Part shown: one piece after another, positions 1-10,918 of the stretch
Position numbering within the stretch: position 1 is the first letter of the stretch
How the letters are laid out: every line of letters starts with the position of its first letter
IMG/VR virus record: IMGVR_UViG_3300020235_000119
Span: 1 to 29,402 of that record
DNA from: a virus
Taxonomy: Duplodnaviria; Caudoviricetes
Reading direction: 5' to 3' (one strand)
Length of the DNA: 29,402 nt
Program-made: the position numbers and the translations under genes
The notes under the pieces: model-generated
What the model was told of the DNA's origin: nothing
The model's database searches: none
Seen by the model: the letters and a program-made list of their open reading frames with translations, nothing else

Positions 1-712
1 AAAACCCGGGGGTGCAAATCAGACTAATAATGTTGCGCAACAGACAAACCGGATCATGGATATTACCAAGATTAATACGTCTAAAGGCGCTAAACTTTGG
101 ATGATTATTAATCGGGTAGGTATGCCTAATGTAGGTCGGCCATTCCATGAATTGTTGGGTTTTGAAACTGGCCTTCGTCCGGCATTAGATCAATTTATTG
201 TTAGTGTGGTTGATCCTGTTACTTTAACCGCTTCTGGTACTTTATTCATGGATTCTTATAGCATTAACGCTATTGTTGAAGTGGTAGATCCAGTTACTGG
301 TGATATATCTTATGTAGTGCACCCAAATGTTACAGCTGTTCTCGATGAATCCAGTGTATTTGAGCCATGGGCGGCTGGTCAAACTGTATTTCTTGGGCTT
401 TTCTACGATAACGATTGGCAATTGTTATCGAGAGAGGGTGTTTCTCAAAGAGGTACGTCTCAAGTATCTAAACGTAGGTGGAATAAGGTCTTTGCTAGAC
501 TTAATGATTCCCCGGTACCCATTATTGAAGGTATTGCAGCAAGAGATAGGACTCCAAGTACCCCGATGGGTACTGGTGAACCTTTCATCACGGGCGATAC
601 TGATATGATTGATTTGGGTTCAGGTGAGGGAGATTTGAAAATAACACAGGATAAACCCCTGATTACGGAAGTATCTGCCATATTTGGTAAGATTATTTCT
701 GAGGAAGTATAA
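1..712 (+). CDS. Tail tubular protein B / nozzle (T7 gp12- or P22 gp10-like), C-terminal part; truncated at window edge
   Basis: The frame is open from nt 2 (no stop before ATG 56). C-terminus GTSQVSKRRWNKVFARL..PFITGD..LKITQDKPLITEVSAI is typical of podovirus nozzle proteins. Confidence 0.7.
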   Translation, partial: KPGGANQTNNVAQQTNRIMDITKINTSKGAKLWMIINRVGMPNVGRPFHELLGFETGLRPALDQFIVSVVDPVTLTASGTLFMDSYSINAIVEVVDPVTGDISYVVHPNVTAVLDESSVFEPWAAGQTVFLGLFYDNDWQLLSREGVSQRGTSQVSKRRWNKVFARLNDSPVPIIEGIAARDRTPSTPMGTGEPFITGDTDMIDLGSGEGDLKITQDKPLITEVSAIFGKIISEEV

Positions 713-1329
713 TGGCTGGTCCAGTAGAAATTGTAAATCTTGCCCTGTCGTGGATGGGTCAGAATTTGATCAACGCTCTGACTGATGAACAGAACGAAGC
801 GAAGATCATGAATGCTAATTATGCCCTATCCCGGGATAAGGTATTGGGCGATTATACTTGGTCTTTTGCGATCAGACGAGAGATATTGTCTCCCGTATTA
901 CCGGTACCCGCGTTTGGGTTCGCTCAGAAATTTTTGATCCCGAGTGATGTTTTGCTCGTTCATAGGGTTCAAAGGCCACAGAATATTGGTGCCACCCTAT
1001 TCAGTCAGGTGGCTGAGGCGACAAGGGGTGCTGTACAGGCCGATTGGGTCAAAGAAGGTCAATTTATCCTTGCAAGAGAAGAGGTAGTACATTGTATCTT
1101 CATTGTTCGGATAACGAATGCGGATTTATACTCTCCATCCTTTATCCATGCGTTGGCTGCTAGACTTGCAGCGGATACATGCTTGGTTTTCACCGAGAAT
1201 AGGAAATTAAAAGAGGATATGGAGGAAATGTATGATACCAAGCTGGCTGATGCCAGATTCTCGGATGGAAGACAGGGCAGGACCGAGAAAATGGTCAGTA
1301 ATATACTTACAGGATCGAGGACACGATAA
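712..1329 (+). CDS. Tail tubular protein A / head-tail adaptor (T7 gp11- or P22 gp4-like)
   Basis: Motifs EIVNLALSWMG, RDKVLGDYTWSFA, P.D.L, FIHALAARLAAD; TAATG coupling; GAGG SD. Confidence 0.8.
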   Translation: MAGPVEIVNLALSWMGQNLINALTDEQNEAKIMNANYALSRDKVLGDYTWSFAIRREILSPVLPVPAFGFAQKFLIPSDVLLVHRVQRPQNIGATLFSQVAEATRGAVQADWVKEGQFILAREEVVHCIFIVRITNADLYSPSFIHALAARLAADTCLVFTENRKLKEDMEEMYDTKLADARFSDGRQGRTEKMVSNILTGSRTR

Positions 1330-1727
1330 TGGGGTGGTTTGCCGCTGCGATTGGCTTATTGTCAGCTGGCGCAGGCATATTTGGTGCTAAAAGTCAAAAG
1401 GATGTTGACAAGCAGCAGACTGAACTTGCCTATAGTGACAATCTTGAGAAAATTCGTCGACGCGAATTTGAACAGAGACAGACTCTTGGTGCTGCTAAGG
1501 CCATAAGCCAAGCGGCTGGTGTTTTGCACACAGGTGGGTCTACTGCTCAAGGTGTTATAAATACAATGGCCCGGGAATTTAAGACTGAACTTGATTGGAT
1601 GACAAAATTTGCTGCTACGGCAAGAAAGCTTGGTCATAGGAGAGCTAGTGTTGCTCACCAGACCAATGTGATGAGGTCCATTACTGGTGGTATTCAAACT
1701 GGTACTTCGATTTACGGGACTGTATAG
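1329..1727 (+). CDS. Small internal virion (ejection) protein
   Basis: Gly/Ala-rich hydrophobic N-terminus, helical Q/A-rich body, located between tail tube and larger ejection genes. Confidence 0.6.
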   Translation: MGWFAAAIGLLSAGAGIFGAKSQKDVDKQQTELAYSDNLEKIRRREFEQRQTLGAAKAISQAAGVLHTGGSTAQGVINTMAREFKTELDWMTKFAATARKLGHRRASVAHQTNVMRSITGGIQTGTSIYGTV

Positions 1728-1729
1728 TT

Positions 1730-3484
1730 GTGGCTTTAAAAATACCTGATATAGCTCAACAGCCCGTTGGTGAATTTGCTTTTGGCAATATTCCTCAGCC
1801 TAATTATGAGGCCCGGGGTAAGGCTGCGCAGGAACTTATTGGTGCTACTGGTAAAGTTATAGCGGAGGTAGCATTACAAGATGCCGATACCGAATTAAAC
1901 GAGGCCACAGCCGGGGCAGCTAACGATTTCGCTGAACTTAGAGCCAAGTTAGAAAAGACAAATACAATACCCTCAGAAGAAATACCGGATGAAATTGTAC
2001 ATGAATATGGTACTACTATAACCGATATTAAAGGTGATAGGGTAGAAATCGGCACTCCTAGGGTATTCACCCATGAGATTGCGGATGAATGGTGGAAGAT
2101 TAAAAGCGAGGAAATCACACAATATTGGGCTAATCGAATTTCGAACAGGGAAGCCCGGGCTAAGTTCCTTGAGGATGTAGGAACTCGGTACGTTGCTCCT
2201 GGAACTTTCGCTATTAATGCAGCATCGATCGCTAGACGTCGTGCATATAATCAAGCCATGGCTGAGAAAGCGGTCAGAGATACTATTGCATCTGATGCAG
2301 ATAAAGCAATAAAGGAGCAACAGGCAAGAGAAATAATCCGTCGGCAGCAAATGCTCGGGGCTGACCCCAAGTGGGTCGAGGATCGGCTTGCCGAGATTGG
2401 ACCACTAATCGATCAGCTTGAGGTACAAAATCAAATTTTCGCAGCCACTACTAAGGATCAAATTGATTTAATCGAAGAGGCAATGTACTCTGACGAAACT
2501 CGTATGACCCCAGCGCAAATACGTACCATGAGCGCTCAAATGGATACGCGGCGTAATGAATTTGACGCTGAGGAATTGGAGCGGCAAGGGGAAAATGCGG
2601 CAAAGGCATTTTTCGAACTCGTTAGTCCAGATATCCCGTTTAATGAAATGACTGTGGCCGATTTAGTCCTAGTTGGGGACATTACAAATTCAGCTGGTTG
2701 GACTTTGTATAATGCTTTGCAAGATGGTAGTACAACTAGAGCCTCTGATCCAGTCGCGTTAAGCCTGTATCGGAGTGCAATGACTGCTTTACCATATACT
2801 GGCAATCGTGCTAGGGTAAAAGAACGGGCTGATCTGTTAAGATTGACAGTTTCAATGGCAGCGGCAGGATTAAACCCTAATGGTACCCCTTCTGGATTAC
2901 CAGCTAGGTTAACTGGAACAGATGCCGCTAAACTTCGAAAAGAAATTGATGCGATAGAGTTAGCAACGCTTGAGAGCGATGAATATGATCGTGCCCTTAA
3001 GCAAGTTTACACATGGACCCACGTTGCGGTCGATCTTGAGGGTCAAATCACCATAGCTCTTGGCGGTAATCAACATCAAGTTGATGCGGCTCTTGAGTTT
3101 AAGAGGGGTCTGGATAATTATATGGACGCCTATGGTGCGGATGCCAAACCCGTTGATTATTTTACCGCCAATAAGGACGCTTTTAATCCGAACAATTTTT
3201 CAGATGGTATCAATGCTAGATTTCTTGTGGCGGTTCCGCAATCAGGCCAGTGGATAGTTATTAACACAGCACAACAAACCTATAGTTTTGATATAGCGGC
3301 TCAGGAAGAATTTGTGGTGTGGTTTGCTGATCAGAGAACAACCATGGATCAACAAGAATGGAATAAAATTGATGTTCTATTTAAACAATATTACAGAGGT
3401 CAGGGTCTAGCTCCACTAGGTGGAAGATTAGATCTTGAGCCAGATAACCCAATGTACACGCAATTTGAGGCACTAGTTGAATGA
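1730..3484 (+). CDS. Internal virion (ejection) protein, 584 aa
   Basis: GTG start; helical A/E/Q-rich composition; occupies the T7 gp15 position. Confidence 0.6.
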   Translation: MALKIPDIAQQPVGEFAFGNIPQPNYEARGKAAQELIGATGKVIAEVALQDADTELNEATAGAANDFAELRAKLEKTNTIPSEEIPDEIVHEYGTTITDIKGDRVEIGTPRVFTHEIADEWWKIKSEEITQYWANRISNREARAKFLEDVGTRYVAPGTFAINAASIARRRAYNQAMAEKAVRDTIASDADKAIKEQQAREIIRRQQMLGADPKWVEDRLAEIGPLIDQLEVQNQIFAATTKDQIDLIEEAMYSDETRMTPAQIRTMSAQMDTRRNEFDAEELERQGENAAKAFFELVSPDIPFNEMTVADLVLVGDITNSAGWTLYNALQDGSTTRASDPVALSLYRSAMTALPYTGNRARVKERADLLRLTVSMAAAGLNPNGTPSGLPARLTGTDAAKLRKEIDAIELATLESDEYDRALKQVYTWTHVAVDLEGQITIALGGNQHQVDAALEFKRGLDNYMDAYGADAKPVDYFTANKDAFNPNNFSDGINARFLVAVPQSGQWIVINTAQQTYSFDIAAQEEFVVWFADQRTTMDQQEWNKIDVLFKQYYRGQGLAPLGGRLDLEPDNPMYTQFEALVE

Positions 3485-6400
3485 GCGCCACCGAATATGA
3501 TGTAATGCAAGAAGCGCAAGAGATTCGGCGCAGGAGACTCGATGCGTTGGGTCTTGGGGATCAGTATGACTTGTGGCGTGAATCTTTGCCTAATGGAAGG
3601 GATATGTCCGAACAGGAGGCCCATAATGCCTTCATGGAAGCCCAGGCCATTGAGCAGGCGGCTCTTGATGGGCGTGTCTCCGTGTCCACGGGGGGCGCGG
3701 ACGTGGTACCCACCACCGACATACCGGCCCCGGGTCCCGATGGCCAGGAGACCGGTACCGATGCGCCCGGAGATACCTCGAAAGGCGCTCCCGAGGGTGC
3801 CGGGGACGACACCGGGCGGGATACCGAATTAAAAGCGGTGGAGGGCATGTGGCTCCCACCTGAGGAATCTGAGGCTTTAAATTACATAGAACCTACAACA
3901 GAACAGATGGCCGGTTCACCTGATTGGATCGATAATGCCAAGGTAGTGTGGAAAGCTATGGGGTCCCCTAATCCAGAAAGGGAAAGGATGGAAGTAAGAA
4001 CCACTCCTTGGCTCACGCCTCGTGACGAAATTCCTAAAATTCCCGATATGACCGATCACCAAATCGGTGAATGGGCCAGAAGAGAACTATCCCTGTTCAC
4101 CTGGAACGTGGCTTCGACTATGAGCTATGCTCATAAAATTATGACGTCCGAAGACCCCAAGATGGCGCTCGCTTTTCTGAATTTAATCAGAATGTATGAG
4201 CATTCAGACGGTGGTTCTGTGGAGTTTACCCGAGCGCTTCTTGGTATCGCCACTGATCCTACTACTTATGTCGGTCTAGGTGTTGGTAGTATTGCGGCCA
4301 GAGGAGCAGCTAAAGCTTTAGTAAAATCTGAACTCAAAAAAGCGATCCAAGTGGGCATTATTGGTGCGTCAGCCGGTTCTTTTGAAGGCGGCACACTTGC
4401 AGGTGGATTTGATTTAGTGGTTCAGAATATTGAGCAAGAAGCGGGTGCTCGACAGGACATTGACTATGGTCGAACTGCATTAGCCACTACTATTGGTGTT
4501 GGTGCAGGTACAGCATTGGGCGGTAGTGTCGGTGGTTTGATGGGTCGTCGCATGGATAAAATTGCCGCCATGCATGATGAAATACAAAGACTTGTAGAGG
4601 GTACTAGAATACTTGAGACAGAACGGGTAGCAGCAGGTTTGTCCGTCGATCAAATAACATCATCCCTTAAAGCATCTGCAAGAGCAGCAGCAAGGGCTGG
4701 TAAACAGGATGAATCAGCTGCGATTCTTAATAGGTTTTTTGAGGAGGGCGGTGAATTACCCCGTAACCCAGATGGTACTGTCGATGAAATTGCCCTTTCG
4801 GAAGCGATAAAAGAGTTTCATGATCTTCGAGTAGGAGCCGAACTTACAGCGCAAGAAGAATTGGCCCGGGCAATGGAGCAATTGTATGAGTTAGATAACG
4901 ATTGGATATATGAATGGCAGAATGGTAATTTAGGATACGACACTAAAGACAATCCTGCCATGCGTCCTGCAATCGATAAGGCAGCTAAAGGAACGGGTGT
5001 AAAAGTAATAGATCACCATGAGGGTGTCATTATTGATGGTACCCCAGAACAAAAATTAGCATTTGCCAAGAATATGGCCTCTGCAGAAGGAATATCTTTA
5101 AAACCCATAACTCCGACTGAATTGTTTACTGAAATGAGGGGAGGTCAAACACCAGAGGAGTTTGTGGCTAAAGGCAAACCAAAAGATATGCCGGACGCGG
5201 ATTGGGAATTAATGGTACAATTAGCGGGACCGGAGGCGAGACTCGCAAGCGCATTTGAAAAGTCAGGCTATAATGTAATCGTCAATGTGGATACTGGTGG
5301 TTTAGCCTTCGATAAGCACATGGTAGGTATTAAGGGTGAATATCCGCCCATGACGCAAGCTAATATTGATAAAATCAAGCAAGCTGCCACTAGGGCCGGT
5401 GTAAAGTTTAAAGAATTTGGTCCCTCTGACAAATTTGGAGGATCACCAGAAGGTCATATCGAAATCGATGGCGAACCCACCGAAATGAAAAAATTTATTT
5501 ACAATTTAATCAGTCAACGGGAGAAAATACTTCCAGGCCGATTGGGTGGGAAACCGTTTACAGTAGAAGAAGGCTTGGCGCGTGGTTTGGATGATGAAGC
5601 AATTGCTAAGCTGGAAATGAATCCTATCAATGTTGTGGATAAGTTGGAACGTGCCGGGTTCAAAGTTACACTTAGTGCAGAAGGTGAGGTAGTATTTGAC
5701 GCCACTGGAATGTCTCCAGCAACCACTGAAAGAATTGAGAAGGTTGCTGCACAAACCGGTGTTAAAGCAGAAATTACAGGTGGATTAGAACCTACTAGAC
5801 CAATTTCAGCAGATCGACTTATTGCAGTAGAAGCGCCTGCTCCAACTGATCCGGTGGAAAAAGCATTATATGATGCTTATCGCACTTTGGAAAGAGGGGG
5901 CACAGATGCTGATTTCGATAAAGCCATGCAAAAGTGGCTTAATATGGAGCATGAACGTAGTGGCGGGGAACTTGTCGTTGAGGTTGAAGGAAACGGTGGG
6001 GAATTATATCGTGGCCATGATTTACAGGCAGCGGATAAGGCATGGCGTGTAGCAGACAGAGAAGGTAAATCTCCACGTACTAGCCATACCACAGAACGTG
6101 GGGATTTTGACCCAGCTGAAGCATTCGCACCAGAGGCCACAGGCACTATTAACATTAGTGGTGACCCTGTAGATGTTGCCAGATTCGGTGCTGCAATGGC
6201 CGATCAAGTTACTCCGACTAAGTTGCCCATAGCTGAATCAAGGGCATTTGCCAGACGTATTCTGGAAATGGAGCAAACTTTACAAGATGAGGTTGTAGCT
6301 AAAACTGCCTCATTACCTGGAAGTCTTGTACGTGGCATAGAAAAAGGCACGGAATTCGAGGTAATGGGTCGTACCAAGAATGGTTGGTATCATTTACGGA

Positions 6401-9060
6401 ATATACTCACTGGTGAAGAGGTCAATAGACGTCGTAACCAGTTTGAGGTCCTTGAGTCTCGTCCTAAACCGACGATGGCCGGACCCATGGAATTGACGCC
6501 TTTCACTACATCTGCGGCCCGAATTATGGCCATGAACGAGGATATTTTATCCGGTAAACTTAAGAAGGTTAAAATTACCGATGCAGAGCAAAAAGCGATG
6601 GTGGAAGATTTGCGTAAAATGGGGATTAATATTACTAATAAGACCCTCTCTGCGCATTGGACCCCAGCTGAACTTTTGTTTTTACGGGACACGTACAACG
6701 CTCAGGCTAAAGGTATGCATGATCTTGCCCGTGTATTGGGTCAAGAGTTAAAGAATAATGGTAGATTAACAGATCAACAAATGGCCATGTTCAATGAAGC
6801 ACATACCCAATTTGTCGCGACCCGGGACCTTTTTTATGGGGTATCCGGTAACGCTGCCAGACAACTCCAAATTCTTAAAACTCGTCCCACGGACGAAATT
6901 TATGAGTTCTCGCAGGCTATAATGGACTCACTCTCCATTAGTGGTGGCAGAGCTAACACAGAACGTGCCATTACCATGATGGCCGAATTTGCTGAAACGG
7001 GTCAACTTAAGCCTGGGCAGACTAAAGTGGGCGCAATAACAAAAATGTCTGATGGTATCTGGGGTAATAAGGTATCAGCGGGCTTTTTGATTGTCAGATA
7101 TAATATGATGTTATCGAGTTGGAGGACTCACTTCTTCAATTTCCTTGGTAATTCCGCTTCTGGTGTCTATCAACATTTGGGAGTTATCCCATTACGGATG
7201 ACCATTAGCAATATGGCCCATGCCCGGGACCTTGCATTATCGGTTATTAATCCAAACTTTAAACCCGATCCGGCAGACCGAATGACAGCACATTCATGGT
7301 ATGCAGGGATACGTAGTCATTTCTCTTCGGCCCGAGATAGTTTCATGTTGGCCAAAGAAATAGCCATGGGTCGGGATATTGGTGAGGGTAAAGTTTGGAA
7401 CGAGCTTGGTTTACGGTACAACGTTATAAATGTGCCAGATTCTGCATTTGCCAAATTAGGCACTACCCCGGTTCGGTTACTTGAGGCTGGTGATGCTTTC
7501 TTCAAGAATCAGTATTACATGGCTAAGATTCATGAATTAGCTAGTATGAAAGCCCGGGCTGATAACATACACAAAGGTTTGAACTTCGAAACACAGTATC
7601 GTACTCATGTTGATAGCCCGGATGCTCCAATGCAGCGAATGGCTAAAGAATACGCTGCCAAACAAACCTATACCAATGACCCGAACGTGTATGGCGGGAT
7701 ATTGGCAGCACTAGCTAGGGGTGCAGCAGCGGCGCAACAGCGAAATATCGCAGTTAATATGATATTACCTTTTGTTCGTACTCCGGCCAATTTGCTTAGC
7801 TATTCAATGGAAATGATTGGGGCTAATGTGATCCTATCGCCTAGTACCACTTATAATGCCATTATGAAGGGTACAGCGGCGGAAAGTCAAGAGGCTTTGG
7901 CAAAATTGACCATAGCCGCTGGATTGTGGATAATGGTCGGTGAAATGTACCAGAATGGAAATATCACCGGTACTGGTCCTTCTAATTGGGAAGAACGAAA
8001 AGTATGGGAAGCTGCTGGTTGGCAATCGAATTCGATCAAGGTATATGGCAAATGGTATGATATTTCTAGGGCCGATCCAGCAGGTCAATCCCTAGTATCC
8101 ATTGCTTCGGTTTTTGATTATTATGCCATGACTAAGGAACAGAGAAAGCCCGCTTTGGAGTGGATCGGTGCTGGGTTATTGTATACAGCAGATATGATAG
8201 TGGACGAATCTTATTTGTCCACGGTTTCCGATGTAATTACAGCTATACAATCTAAAGAGGAGGCTCGTGCCAGATCAGTTGTGGCCAGCCTTGTTAACTC
8301 AGTTGTAGTACCTAATCTATTGCGTGATATCCGAAGGGCGACTGACGAGACAAGAAGGACCGGTGCCAGCGAAAACTTGATGGACCAAGTGGTCAAACAA
8401 ATGAAGAATGCTTCACCATGGCATTCCGAAGATTTACCGCCCCAGCGAGATTGGAAAGGTGACCCGGTTAACTATTACAGTAACGCTTATGCACGTGGGT
8501 TCATACCTTTCGATGTTCGTGATCCTGAGGCTTCTGACCCAGCAAGTATGGCACTTGCCTATGCCCGTATCCCAATATCAACGCCTAATAGAACCATAGA
8601 ATGGCCCAAAGGACAAGGCGATGGTATTGATTTATTCGCCATGGACGAAGGCGATGGGTTTGTATATGATAAGTATATAGAAACCGTAGGCTTAGCCCGT
8701 GTAAGAGTAGTAAAAGAACTAATGAGAAAGCCGATTTGGCGTCAAATGGTGAAAGAGGGTAATATCGGCCCCGGCTCTGATGGTGATAATGCACTACGCA
8801 GGGCTGTTGCGTTAGGCAGTAAGACCGGGCGATTACAAATGCTCGATTTTTTGATCAAACATAGTGGAGATAATAATTCCTTCCGTAGAGCCAATGGTGA
8901 TTTAATTTTGATCCACCACCCAGTAAGTGTACAAGAGTACATAAGACTCCGCCGAATGGTGCGAGGAGAGGATGTTCCAGTACCGGAGGAATTAAGGCAG
9001 TATCAAATTCAAGAACGCCGAGTAGGACCGGAGTTCTTTAAACCGAGGACACCAGAATGA
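3481..9060 (+). CDS. Large internal virion / ejection protein (gp16-like, polyvalent type), 1859 aa
   Basis: Size and position; glycine-rich hydrophobic segments (DPTTYVGLGVG); C-terminal motifs PFVRTPAN, GNITGTGP, GWQSNSIKV typical of large ejection proteins. Confidence 0.65.
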   Translation: MSATEYDVMQEAQEIRRRRLDALGLGDQYDLWRESLPNGRDMSEQEAHNAFMEAQAIEQAALDGRVSVSTGGADVVPTTDIPAPGPDGQETGTDAPGDTSKGAPEGAGDDTGRDTELKAVEGMWLPPEESEALNYIEPTTEQMAGSPDWIDNAKVVWKAMGSPNPERERMEVRTTPWLTPRDEIPKIPDMTDHQIGEWARRELSLFTWNVASTMSYAHKIMTSEDPKMALAFLNLIRMYEHSDGGSVEFTRALLGIATDPTTYVGLGVGSIAARGAAKALVKSELKKAIQVGIIGASAGSFEGGTLAGGFDLVVQNIEQEAGARQDIDYGRTALATTIGVGAGTALGGSVGGLMGRRMDKIAAMHDEIQRLVEGTRILETERVAAGLSVDQITSSLKASARAAARAGKQDESAAILNRFFEEGGELPRNPDGTVDEIALSEAIKEFHDLRVGAELTAQEELARAMEQLYELDNDWIYEWQNGNLGYDTKDNPAMRPAIDKAAKGTGVKVIDHHEGVIIDGTPEQKLAFAKNMASAEGISLKPITPTELFTEMRGGQTPEEFVAKGKPKDMPDADWELMVQLAGPEARLASAFEKSGYNVIVNVDTGGLAFDKHMVGIKGEYPPMTQANIDKIKQAATRAGVKFKEFGPSDKFGGSPEGHIEIDGEPTEMKKFIYNLISQREKILPGRLGGKPFTVEEGLARGLDDEAIAKLEMNPINVVDKLERAGFKVTLSAEGEVVFDATGMSPATTERIEKVAAQTGVKAEITGGLEPTRPISADRLIAVEAPAPTDPVEKALYDAYRTLERGGTDADFDKAMQKWLNMEHERSGGELVVEVEGNGGELYRGHDLQAADKAWRVADREGKSPRTSHTTERGDFDPAEAFAPEATGTINISGDPVDVARFGAAMADQVTPTKLPIAESRAFARRILEMEQTLQDEVVAKTASLPGSLVRGIEKGTEFEVMGRTKNGWYHLRNILTGEEVNRRRNQFEVLESRPKPTMAGPMELTPFTTSAARIMAMNEDILSGKLKKVKITDAEQKAMVEDLRKMGINITNKTLSAHWTPAELLFLRDTYNAQAKGMHDLARVLGQELKNNGRLTDQQMAMFNEAHTQFVATRDLFYGVSGNAARQLQILKTRPTDEIYEFSQAIMDSLSISGGRANTERAITMMAEFAETGQLKPGQTKVGAITKMSDGIWGNKVSAGFLIVRYNMMLSSWRTHFFNFLGNSASGVYQHLGVIPLRMTISNMAHARDLALSVINPNFKPDPADRMTAHSWYAGIRSHFSSARDSFMLAKEIAMGRDIGEGKVWNELGLRYNVINVPDSAFAKLGTTPVRLLEAGDAFFKNQYYMAKIHELASMKARADNIHKGLNFETQYRTHVDSPDAPMQRMAKEYAAKQTYTNDPNVYGGILAALARGAAAAQQRNIAVNMILPFVRTPANLLSYSMEMIGANVILSPSTTYNAIMKGTAAESQEALAKLTIAAGLWIMVGEMYQNGNITGTGPSNWEERKVWEAAGWQSNSIKVYGKWYDISRADPAGQSLVSIASVFDYYAMTKEQRKPALEWIGAGLLYTADMIVDESYLSTVSDVITAIQSKEEARARSVVASLVNSVVVPNLLRDIRRATDETRRTGASENLMDQVVKQMKNASPWHSEDLPPQRDWKGDPVNYYSNAYARGFIPFDVRDPEASDPASMALAYARIPISTPNRTIEWPKGQGDGIDLFAMDEGDGFVYDKYIETVGLARVRVVKELMRKPIWRQMVKEGNIGPGSDGDNALRRAVALGSKTGRLQMLDFLIKHSGDNNSFRRANGDLILIHHPVSVQEYIRLRRMVRGEDVPVPEELRQYQIQERRVGPEFFKPRTPE

Positions 9061-10550
9061 CAGTTCAAAATAACCCTAACACTATCGATTTTTTAGGTAA
9101 CGGCGCACAAACATCGTTTGCCTTTACATTCAGAGCCGACGACGTTTCATGGATTAGTCTCAGTTTCTCAACTGATCTAGATCAAATTCTTTTGAATGCG
9201 GATCAAGATACAACCCCCGGTGGTTCGGTTGTATTTACTGTTGCTCCACCATTGAATCAACTTATTCGGGTCACCCGAATTGTACCACAAGACCAAGAAT
9301 TGGACTATACTAGGTTTGATGCCTTCGATTCTGAGTCGCATGAAGATGCGCTAGACAAGCTCACTATGGAAGTCCAGGATTTGCAGCAGTTAATTGGTCT
9401 ATTTACCAGTGTGCCGATCTTTCAAATTGGCACGATTGACGGGAGCATTTTGCGCTGGAATCTTGCCGGTCAGAATTGGGATGAGTTTATTACTTATTTC
9501 CTCCCGGCTGCGGATGGTGCAGCGGGTCAAGCTATAATAACCGATGGGGCGGGTAATTTATCCTTTTCCAGTGTTTCAGGTGCCGTAAACGATGGTACCG
9601 TTGATGGTCAAATAAACATTTGGGACGTGGGTCTTGATCAATGGATACCTGTTAATGACGCGTTCATTAGGATCAATCCTCAAGGTCCACCCACAAATCC
9701 ACTAGGTAGGATTTCCGGTGGTGGTTCTTCTACGACCGATGTTCGTAAAGCTTTTATCCATATCAATATTGGTGCGTCTGTCAGCGCAGTTTGGTCTACC
9801 GATAGAAATGGGGGTACTCCCTCAGGCTTCTTTAGTAGATCAGCTTTTAATGGCGCTATTGATATTCACGATTGGGGATACTGGAATCCTGGAAACCAAA
9901 CTGGTATAACACACTTCCGTATAACCGAGGATAATGAATTTATCTTCGAATTCTCAGCTTTCATGGCGGAAAGAGCGGCAGCATTGCCAGATATCTCTGG
10001 TCATGGCCAGTATTGGGCACGTGATGATAATACCCCAATGTTCACAACTGAGGCTGGCGTTGACATTGAATTAAATGCGTTAAGTCCTCCAAGTGCGGCG
10101 GTTAGACGAGGAGCTTTAGCATTTAGAAATTCTATTCAATTAATCTCCAATAATGTTGATACAGCCGTGGTAATGAATACTGAAGTTTTTGATACGGACA
10201 GTGTTCATGACAACGTTATCAATGCCTCTAGGATGACTGTGCCGGTTGGTGTTACTAAGGCCAGGATTAGTGGGGGGGCCGTATGGGCATCAAGTGTCTC
10301 TGGTGCTAGACAGATACAAGTCCGGAGAAACGGTCAAGTAGCAGGGTCTATTGATCCGAGTGGTCTATTAAGACCAGTTACTAATGGAGGAAATGCTGGA
10401 GTTGGGGGAGATTTTGGACAGCAAGTTCAATCAGGTTCAATTAACGCGGTAGCCGGAGATTATTTTGAGATATGGGTATTACAGACCTCTGGCGCTGCTC
10501 TAAATTTAACTGCCAATAAGTCGTGGATCGAAATGGAGATTTTTGAATAA
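9057..10550 (+). CDS. Tail fibre protein
   Basis: T7 gp17-like N-terminal anchor (GNGAQTSFAFTF...HEDALDKLTMEVQDL); C-terminal C1q/TNF-like beta domain (FDTDSVHD..RMTVP..GDYFEIWV). Confidence 0.8.
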   Translation: MTVQNNPNTIDFLGNGAQTSFAFTFRADDVSWISLSFSTDLDQILLNADQDTTPGGSVVFTVAPPLNQLIRVTRIVPQDQELDYTRFDAFDSESHEDALDKLTMEVQDLQQLIGLFTSVPIFQIGTIDGSILRWNLAGQNWDEFITYFLPAADGAAGQAIITDGAGNLSFSSVSGAVNDGTVDGQINIWDVGLDQWIPVNDAFIRINPQGPPTNPLGRISGGGSSTTDVRKAFIHINIGASVSAVWSTDRNGGTPSGFFSRSAFNGAIDIHDWGYWNPGNQTGITHFRITEDNEFIFEFSAFMAERAAALPDISGHGQYWARDDNTPMFTTEAGVDIELNALSPPSAAVRRGALAFRNSIQLISNNVDTAVVMNTEVFDTDSVHDNVINASRMTVPVGVTKARISGGAVWASSVSGARQIQVRRNGQVAGSIDPSGLLRPVTNGGNAGVGGDFGQQVQSGSINAVAGDYFEIWVLQTSGAALNLTANKSWIEMEIFE

Positions 10551-10918
10551 TGGCTAAGATAGTAGTTACAATAAACCATAATTGGCATGCAATTGCTGCA
10601 CTTGCGGGTAGTAATCGTGAGCAATTATCTCATGATCCAAATAATGATGAATTAGAAGTTCCGGATGTTACACAACCGGCTCTCGATGCAGCATTTGCGG
10701 ATTATACAGCGAATCAGGTAGCAAGGGATACAGCATTTTTACAATCAGAAATTGATACGGAAACTGACAAAGTACGGGATGATTTCGATGATCAACGTAT
10801 CTTAAAAGCTTTTGCTGAGCTTTTGGTCGATGAACTTAATGTTTTACGCCAATTACACGGCCTCCCGGCTCGTACATTCGCACAACTCCGGACAGCGATC
10901 AGGAGTAAAATAACATGA
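10550..10918 (+). CDS. Hypothetical protein, probably tail-fibre associated
   Basis: TAATG-coupled to the tail fibre gene; GGAG SD. Confidence 0.5.
   Translation: MAKIVVTINHNWHAIAALAGSNREQLSHDPNNDELEVPDVTQPALDAAFADYTANQVARDTAFLQSEIDTETDKVRDDFDDQRILKAFAELLVDELNVLRQLHGLPARTFAQLRTAIRSKIT

Noticed and set aside
3660-3850. GC-rich island with overlapping ORFs inside the large ejection gene
   Set aside because: Explained by a Pro/Gly/Ala/Thr-rich linker; no flanking repeats or independent RBS.
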